NCBI GenBank assembly: GCA_002189035.1
Contig: CM007989.1
Coordinates: forward strand, 2,852,001 to 2,916,000
DNA length: 64,000 nucleotides
Reading direction: 5' to 3'
Source of the DNA: Utricularia gibba
Lineage: Eukaryota; Plantae; Magnoliophyta
Below are positions 49,645 to 64,000 of this stretch, piece after piece. Both the position numbers and the translations under genes were made by a program. Position 1 is the first letter of the stretch, and the number at the start of each line of letters is the position of its first letter. A model generated the notes under the pieces. That model had not been told where the DNA came from. It made no database searches and saw only the letters and a list, made by a program, of their open reading frames with translations.

Positions 49645-50899
49645 TCTGCTCTTGTTGCCTAAACCCTGATGGGAAATGTCACAAGAAAGAGATGGAAGCA
49701 AGAAATGAGGCACCCCATGTACTTATACTAAGAAGGAGAAAGTGAAAATGGAATCAGGGTAAACAGCTGCGCATGCAAAGGACGAAAAAAGCAAAACAAG
49801 GGGGGGGGGGGGGGCATCCATCCCATTGTAAAGACAGAAGTAGAGGCAAAGAGGGACACGAAGAGACAAAAAGGGCATGCCTAAAACCTCTCATTTTGAA
49901 CTTTTCTTCTACTTTAATCATCTGTTCGTTCGTTTTGGAGTCCAATTCACTTGTTTTCCCTCTGAAAAGAATCGGAAAAAGGAAAAGATTAGTGCAGAAT
50001 TAGTTGATTCATTCCAGCCGTTGAGGTTGGGGAGGAGTCTTGGTGCGTGGGGGGAATTGATGCCTTCAACCACAAGTAATACACCTCCTGTTTTAGAATC
50101 TTTCTTCACAAAAAGGAAAAAGAATAATCCGATTCCTCATGATAGAATGAAACAAAAAGAGATGAACCAAAAAAATGAGGATCCTCACTCATATACCACA
50201 CTTAATTTGGATGAACAGACTCGTGTATGCCTGTGTGTGCTACGCTGGTTTCTCACAAAGTCGGTCATTGAATTTGTCATCTTCCTTACATGCCAATTTA
50301 CTTTTGATTTTCCAATGTGAATACACTGTTCTTTTGATGATATCCACCCATAAGATGCCAAGAATTTTCCATTACAGAACTCTGAAAGCCAGCAGATTTC
50401 AGCTGGCTCTGCAGAGGAGATATTCAAATTTCACGGTTGATTCTCATTCTGTCGTGGAAAAATTCGACCCTCTTGGATGCCTCTCAGTTATCCCCAAACA
50501 CCGACAGAATCATACCAAAAAGAGTTGCTTTTTAAACCGTTCCTTCATTCTAATTGTGCAAATAACTTATGTAATTCGTGGGCCTTTTTCATACCGAACT
50601 GGCTAAGATTTGGGCTAGAATGAATACACCCCCACCAGTCCTACCAGATCAGCCTTAATGTGATCAATCATCTCTGGATACACAAGCGTCGTTGTGGCTC
50701 CTTGAACATGTCTCCATTTATCTCGTAGCTGCATATTGTCTCCTGGTTTTGAGATGATGCGGACAAAATTTAGGATTCGATGGATCAAATTTTGTGTTCA
50801 AATTGAATCGTATTTCCAGTTCAAGCAACCAGAATAAGATGGGGTATGAAAAAGGCAACACAGTCATCTAATGAACCAAGTACTTGGCTACTCGTACAA

Positions 50900-53617
<2,718 letters not shown>

Positions 53618-53833
53618 GGTATGCAAGAAAACGTCAATGAATTTTCAGCTTGAGCTTCAGGTTTCGTTTGCCACAAGATCAAAAAAAGAGCACGAACGAA
53701 ACGACATCAACAGTTCCGAGGATCCACCATCTATATACTCGCTCCGTTTACTATAATTACAAATTTACCCTTCGAGAGGTACCTTCCTTTTTCCCCAAAA
53801 ATACCCCTATAAACCAGGCAGACACTGACAAGA

Positions 53834-53924
53834 GGCCCATATAAATGAGATTGAGGACTAGGCCCAAACAATAATGGACCACTAACCACACCCAATTCAT
53901 TCACAATAATGGGCCGTCAGCCCA
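53834..53924. promoter_or_regulatory. Site II (TGGGCY) cluster upstream of RPT6
   Basis: GGCCCA 53834 and 53861, TGGGCC 53910, AGCCCA 53919. Confidence 0.5.
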
Positions 53925-54569
53925 AAGAAGAGCAGTTGGTGTTCAAACTGCCGACCCTTCTATAATTCCTCAAACTAGGATTTGATAGTTCACATCCTAC
54001 GGATGTGTTTAATTTATGGTATTATATGAGTTTAAAAATATGATAAAAAATTATATGATGTTTAGTTGATAAATTTAAATATAATTGAGATTACACAAGT
54101 TTTTTTTTAATTTCATATGCATATATATATATTTAAAACTACACTCATCATTTAATTTATTTAAAATTATTTAATCTCATTTATAATCTTAATAACTAAA
54201 TATTATTTAAAAATTAATCTTAATACATCAATTTTATTTAAATCCAAATAAATTAAACCAGTCAACCAAACAGTAATTACAGAAGAAAACGCACACTAAT
54301 GATATGGACACTTAGATTGTGGTAGGCATCCCATAGTTTTCCAGCAGGCGAATCCACAAACCCGAGTGCCAGCCGAGGTTTTCATCCAATCATGAAATCG
54401 CCTAGAAGCCCACCTCCACAAATCCACAGCGCGACTCCAAATTATCCACACCCAATCATGCATTTCATAAAGTTTAAACGAGTAGATTCAATAGAGGTAT
54501 TTGATACATCTAGACATTTCTCTAATGTTCATATTATAACCTATGCTACAAAAGAAAAGGAAAGCAAAA

Positions 54570-54730
54570 ACAATTGATTTCCAACGTGCATAATGTGGGA
54601 TCCTAAAGTGGTGTAATAGCTAGCTAGAGAGCACCATGGAGTGCACTGCAATGATAATCAGGCACGCACCCACCATGGAATCGAACCCGATTTCCGACAC
54701 TAGTCCCCAGCTGAGCCAGCTCACCCATCC
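54570..54730 (-). mobile_element. Possible tRNA-derived SINE head or tRNA pseudogene (Pol III A and B boxes)
   Basis: TGGCTCAGCTGG (54718-54707) followed 19 nt later by GGTTCGATTCC (54687-54677); no cloverleaf, no TSD identified. Confidence 0.35.
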
Positions 54731-55786
54731 TGCGGCTCACCTTCTGCCACGTAATCGATTTCAAGTGTCCCAATTTGGCCACGATGGGACCAAATGCATC
54801 AGGTTTCGGATAATCCAAATAAATCTTTTGTCAAACATAGTAATATATATATATATTGGTAATTTTTTAATGACAAATTTCTACCAATTAATTATTTCTT
54901 AAATTTTTACCACATCCTTTATGTCGCATAGAGTTAGTTTAATAGTAGAATAGTAGTATGTTTAATTATAATGTATTTAAGTATATATATACACAATCAT
55001 ATATGACGATTGATATTCGAGAATAGAAATATAAGTATGTTATTAATATAAATATAATTAATACTCTCTTTTATTTATATATATCATATGTATATACTCA
55101 AAAAATGAATATATGAGTAATATAGTTATATAAAATTGTCATGCGTATACTAGTTAATCAAAAAAATATATATATTTAAACTTGGATATAAAAATTCTAT
55201 ACTCAATTATTAAACATCCTCATAATTAATTAGCTATAAAACAATAGAAAAGTTAATGTCGGCCACCATTGGTTTAGGTGGGTGCTAAATAGTAAGCATC
55301 TGTGAAGGAGACAGAGTGTAACTCGCCTTTTCTTTTAAATCTGAGACCGAAAAACGTGCCTGGGTAATTATTAAATGGGGTAATTGCAGACAGTATCCGA
55401 ACAATATCAACCGCCCATATTTTTGGGGTAAAAGCCAAACAATAAAAAATAAAGATGTCGATTTTTTATAAAGCGGGTCAAAAGGTGAATCTTTTTTACC
55501 CTCACAGGTGCCCCGGCGGTTAAAAAAAGAATAGCACCGGTCATCTTTGTCGGCAACTGCGTCATCAATTCTCGAAATAATTTTATTATAAAATAGGAAA
55601 GACAGTCTATTTATTTTTGTTCTTCTTATACAAATATTATTTAATTTTAAAAATTCACAGCAGCCCCTATCTCATTCAGAACAGTTAAAGAAGTGGACAA
55701 GAAAATGCGACTATGATTATTTTATAAATTTTCCGGTCGACAAGCTGGGGGCGACGGTGGTGGAAGGAGTGAGGATGAAGACGGAG

Positions 55787-56890
55787 TTACATGTTGGTTG
55801 CGATAGAGACGCGGACAGATGTGAGAGCCTTGTCGAAGTGTTTAGCTTTGGTTGCTAGATAGTCTTTCCATGTGATTGACCGGTAAACGGCCGGGTTCCA
55901 CTCGTCGATCAATTTCTCCACCGGCCCGATTTTCACCCCCGCCGGCGGCCCAAAAAGGAAAGCCACTGAAACCCGACGCCGGCTCTTGTTCACCACCGCC
56001 CTGTGAACCACGCTCTTGTAAACCCCGTTGGATAATATTTGCATCAAGTCTCCTAAGTGTACGACAAGCGCGCCCGCGATGGGATCCACCGGAATCCACC
56101 TCCCCCCACCGGAGAGAACCTGGAGCCCGGCAGTGTTGCTCTGGTGGAGGATCGTGAGAATTGTGGAATCCGTGTGGGCCGCCAGACCCATGGCTCGCTC
56201 CGGTTCCGGGCAAGCTGGGTATGAGTTGAACTGCAGAGCCGAACCAGGCTCCAGGCCCCGGTTCGAGCCCATTCCACATCATCCTCTGATAAACCTAGTG
56301 CCCCGAGCATCAGCAACATCAAACGCTTCGCAAGTCCCTTCATCCCCTTCTGGTAATTCTCAATCGTCTCACTGAAAACAGGCTCTAGTTCTAATTTTCA
56401 TACAGGAGCTCAATTTAGAACTCAACCAAAAACCTTACCAAAAGCGGGCGTGATCATGATCATGGGACCAGAGTGAGCGTGCGTGGTCAAGAGGGGACCC
56501 CATAATGGTGAACCCCTCGGACCACATCCGCTTGGGGAAGAACCGGGAAATACGAGCCGTGCCATAGCCGGTGAGCCCATCTTCGGCTCGGGCAGCTCTC
56601 ATCTTGAGGTGCATGGGGAGGGAGAAGAGATCAGCTGCGGCCATCTCCACTCCATCACTCAGCTCTTGAGGAACGCCGTGACTCAGGACCTGAAACACTC
56701 CCCAATTCTTGCATGCATGTGCGATGAGTTGGAGGGCATTCTCGTCATTCAAATCGACAACCGGGACGGCGTCGGAAGCGGCGCCTCCGGTGCCCTCTTT
56801 CCACGACGGCCATGCATGGGTTTCCGGCAGCTCGGTGAGGGAGCTGAGGTCCAAGGTGTTTTCCTGATCATCGAGGACTCTTGAAGGCAT
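55787..56890 (-). CDS. GA3ox: Gibberellin 3-beta-dioxygenase; apparent 1-nt frameshift at ~56256
   Basis: ELPETHAW, CKNWGVFQV, GYGTARISRFFPKRMWSEGFTI, NSYPACPEPERAMGLAAHTDS (HxD), HRAVVN, RVS. Two exons. Confidence 0.94.
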
Positions 56891-59383
56891 GTTTCTGCAC
56901 ACAGACGCAGATGAGGAGGTTTTGTGAAGACTGGGATCCCAGTCCCAGTCTTGTTTATATAGAAAGAAATACTTGTTTTCATTCTCTTTTTAATACGGAT
57001 TTTGTTGTACATAACCAGTGGCTGAATATAGTATAATCCAATGTAATACTGCCTCCTAATGAACAAAAAAAATTTAAAAATTAATATTTTTTAAAAAATT
57101 ATATATTTTTGCTCATGAACTGATCATCCCTCTCTTCGCCAAGAGAGTAAAAGACCAAAGAGCCCTTGCCCTTTCGAGCTCCTGAAAAAACCTGGTGTTG
57201 TATTTTTGCCATTGAAACTCGTGAGCTGCCTACCAAGAACAAAAACGGGACAGAAAGTGAATCGGCGGCCTATCTTTTTTTGTTCTCTTCTTGGGTTCTC
57301 CGGATGCATGCACAGATAAGTTGGAACAGATATTTCCTTGAGATGCTGATGCAGACATGGAACTGCAAGCTGGAGAAGAATGAAGAGGAGATGGCAATTT
57401 GTTCTTTAGTTAAAGATCTGGTACCCATTTTGAGTGCCCCAAGTCTCGCAGCTTCCTTCTTTTTTCCTTCACACAAGAAAGATAGCCCAAGATGCTGCTG
57501 CTCCGTAGTCGGGATCTTTGTGACTGAGAGTGGGAGGAGGTATTCGATCTTTGTACAGTGTACACTCACTCCGCGATAGACAGAAAATGAGGCATTTTAC
57601 GTATGTAATAATATTTTTTTTAAAAAAAATTAGATTTCAATTATAGTAGATAAAAATGATGGATTTTGTTGTTAAAAACATGAATAAAATTTGGTTTATC
57701 TTTAACTATGATTTTTTTATTTATCTTTCAACATACTTAAGTGATGGTTATTGATTAACGACCAAGCTTAAGTGGGGTCCTGTGCATCGTGGGTGGGTTT
57801 CTCGCCTTGACCAACTAAACCTTGGATTGGAGTGACTCTCCACTCCGGACACGGATACGTGGACACGGGGTCAGGCCCCATGTGAGGACGGACTCTCGAG
57901 GACACCACCGGAACTTACTGAGTTGCCTTCAAATGGAACCTGATTATCACACTAAGCACCATGTCGAGGCTCAAAGTTCATATGCATTTGCGGTAATGTT
58001 GCTGACTAGATGACTGTCTTTCTGGTTAAGGATAGTTGAGCTCAATCCCGTAGGCACATTTACTAGGATGCGGGTGGATAGAAGTTCAAATTTTGTCGGG
58101 AAACAAGTATAAGACAAGCTGATAACGCACATGTAGGGGCAGTGTGTTCTTACTGAAAGTGGCTGCAGTGCCCTCTACAATGGCAGCAAGTCCTTCATTG
58201 GCCCATTTCTCTGGGTTGCTATGCATCTGTTAACCAACTTTTCAATATTCTCACATTTATTTCCTAATTTTGAATCATGCAGTTTTACTGCAGGCTTTCA
58301 AGTGATAGGATCATGAGAATACTGCAAATGCAGCCGAATGTTAAGTTAAATTGCTGCATTGGGTGAGAAAGGAGTAAAAGACCCCTGAACAAGCAGAACC
58401 AGAGCTGATGGGTAACCAGTTACTGCACCACAAAAAAAGGGGAGATTGTAGGAATTGGGGGATGGTATGGGATGAGGTGGTTGTGGCAGGTGGCAGAGCT
58501 CAAATGGCACAAGAAAAGATATCCGGAAATTCAGGGGCCAGCCAATGCTCACATGCCTCCATCAATAATTTGGGGGGAGGTCCCAAGAATCAAGAAGATA
58601 GCATCTCCAGATATATTGTATTTTGTGCAACTCTGTAAAGTAATACACAAACTTCCATGATTGCATCAAAACAAATGCACCCATAGCGACACACGAGCAA
58701 ACGACCGAATAAACCGAAGAAATTCCCAAGTTAATGCAAAGATGACCAGAATCCCACTAAGGAACAATCATAGGCAAAGAAACTGTTCTACACTTTACCT
58801 TCCACGCTGAGACAGTGATGCACTATCCCTTTCTAAAATATTCTGAAATGACTGCTGACGTTTAAATCCATCTACCAATCCCATATTTCTGTGTTGGAGA
58901 AGAAGCAGAAACTCGGGCAGGTGTTCTTTTCTTCTAAAGCTGCTTGGAAACAGTAGTATACTTCTGATGTCCCTTTAGTTTTCAAAATGATATTTTAATC
59001 TATCATACTTTCGGAAATCATGTAAAGAATAACATTTTATACAAAGAAGAATAGAGAATTACATAAATAATCACTGCCACAAACTCTATTGACAAAATGA
59101 ACCACACAATGATTACTTTTTTAAAGATTGTTTATGTTGGCGGTTACCTTTATGATTTTCTCCAATATAAACAAGTTTATGTAATATTTTAAAAATAATA
59201 TGTTTCTTACTTCAAGCACAAAGTGTGCAAGTACAAACAACTTGAAAGAAAACGGAAATGAAGAATGAGATTCGACACTCCAGGAAAAAAACATGAATGG
59301 CTGTAGAGTCTCAAGCATTTGGTCGAAAGGAGCATCGAATGCAAAAGCTGGAAAAGATACATACCAATAACATGGGTATTCTG

Positions 59384-62358
<2,975 letters not shown>

Positions 62359-62997
62359 GTTGAGGTATTACATACACACTTCAATACAGAGTAACTCAGA
62401 TGTATCTTGCCCAATTAGGTTTTGTTACAAAAACTCTTCAAAACCAAAGAAAAGAAGTGGAGCACGAAATTTTGAAACAGTGGACAATCAGAACCAAGAA
62501 AATGCTGTGGACCTGGATGCTGTTGCAGGGTCTAAAAGCCTTGAAGCTGCGGAAAGACGGCGACGTGTAAACGGTCGACTCTCAAATCTCAGGTAAAATT
62601 ACACCCCAATTTGAATGCTTTTCCGGCCATTATTTCCTGTAATCGTAAATCTCCCTCGACAATTTACGCCCAGAAGCACAATCCAAACTCCATTTACGCA
62701 AAGCTAAAGTTTTACAAATTGATGAAAAGATTTATAAAAGGAGTGATATTTAATCCCTCATTAGAATTTAGTTTAAATGCAGACATTGTATTTAAAAATC
62801 ATATGGGACACTTTTTAGGTTAGATAGATCTCCAACTAGACCACGACCGCCGTCTTCCCTTCGCAACGGCGGCAGCGCTTTTGCTCTTTTTTGTCTTAGC
62901 CTAGCCTTTCCGCCGCCTTACGAATTTTTCCTCTCTGGGCCGTGTCTATATCTATTTCTACTGTAGTGGCGAGGGGAAAACAATTGATTGGAGTGAA

Positions 62998-63953
62998 ATG
63001 TATTTTTTGACTGAAATCGAGCACGTTTTGAGGATGCCTCCTAATCTTCTCGATAAACCACTCAACGTCGCCATTAAAGAAGTGCTCGATTCTCTGTTTT
63101 TGGACAAGGCTAGAATCTGTTTATTTGCTCAATGCATCTGCTTCGCTTTTTTCATGTTGCTTATTTTTCCCTGCGTCAAGAAAATTCAGGTAATCGAGAA
63201 ATTGGGATTGTGCATTAGCATTTACGATGTAAGATCCATTGAGGGTGGCACCGTGGTTCCTGGTGAAGGCTGTTTGATGTATACGGTACCCAACTAAGGC
63301 AATTCTTTTGAAGAAACAGTTTTTCTTCACATTTTGTGTTAATGCAGAGATTAATGTGCTTATTCAGACTTCAAAATCTGTTATTTGGATTGATTTTCTG
63401 GCTACAAGAACGTAACTTTTTTGAATCTTGCTTCTCGACAGCATCACTGACTGAATATTTTCCGTCTCCCTCAGGTTAAATTCAGAATGGTGATGTTTAG
63501 ACCATTCGTCGGAGAAGTGTTATCTGGACGACTTAAGGAATCGACAAAAGATGGATTACGCTGTATGATGCATAGCTTCAATGAGTTACTGTTCTTAATT
63601 TTTGCTGTTTGTTTCCTTATCAAGATGATTCTTTTTTTTTTTATGATGTTTTGTGCAAGTTCATTAGCATACAGCTCCATTTTTAACTGATTACAGTAGC
63701 TCCTTTTTCCAGTGTCATTGGGGTTCTTTGATGACATCCATGTTCCTTACGCTTTATTGCCGACTCCAAATCACTATGATCCTGATCCAGAACACAAGTG
63801 AGTCGTCTCTATTATATTGAGTTTCCCGTTTGCATGCTCCCATTGCTTCCCATCTTTAATCTCTTTATTTGTTGTCGTGCTTCTCAGAGGCGGTGTTAAA
63901 TGGACGTGGGAATACGATGAAAATGAAGCATACCCCATAGACTGGACAGATGA
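62998..63953 (+). CDS. RPC25: RNA polymerase III subunit RPC25/RPC8, 5' part (continues off the window)
   Basis: MYFLTEIEHVLRMPP..LFLDK / VIEKLGLCISIYD..GEG / VKFRMVMFRPFVGEVL / SLGFFDDIHVP / WTWEY; Rpb7-like fold motifs. Confidence 0.9.
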
Positions 63954-64000
63954 GGTCTTCCCTTGAACTCCATCCCTTGTAAAGCTTGTCCCTCTTATGC

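Noticed and set aside
53990-54275. AT-rich tracts here and at ~2470-2790, ~14450-14640 and ~40350-40520 as a MITE family
   Set aside because: Only compositional similarity; no clear TIRs, TSDs or alignable homology by eye.
57780-58700. GC-richer block with 60-76 aa ORFs between GA3ox and katanin
   Set aside because: No recognisable domain, splice model or miRNA; could be regulatory or lncRNA sequence but nothing is supportable.

Overview
Eukaryotic nuclear DNA from a flowering plant (eudicot-type genes) with unusually dense packing: about 26 protein-coding genes plus one pseudogene in 64 kb, short introns, and no intact transposon, rRNA, tRNA or CRISPR feature. Left to right: WRKY group IIa (5' part), CIPK, Tudor-like/PEARLI4 protein, SDF2, C2H2 ZFP, MAM33-family, FBL14, DIR1-like LTP, CobW/ZNG1 GTPase, DOG1-domain (INP2-like), Yip1, BPM pseudogene, CBS protein, GH17 glucanase, a small two-exon plastid-type protein, EPFL, SHN1, O-fucosyltransferase, glyoxalase I-like, MASS, LEA, PWP2, acyl-protein thioesterase, RPT6, GA3ox, katanin p60 and RPC25 (partial). 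Gene models were built by hand from GT/GC-AG junctions and remembered family motifs; no database was searched. At least six otherwise intact genes, including essential PWP2, each need one extra base, in every case with a G/C run at or within the breakpoint interval. This most likely reflects homopolymer errors in the assembly. The best candidate for something new is a snRNA-type promoter (exact plant USE ATCCCACATCG, a TATA-like box 33 bp away) pointing into an unannotated ~210-nt minus-strand segment. That segment has a 14-bp terminal stem, a box C and complementarity to the 18S rRNA 3' end. I found no convincing multi-gene novel system.
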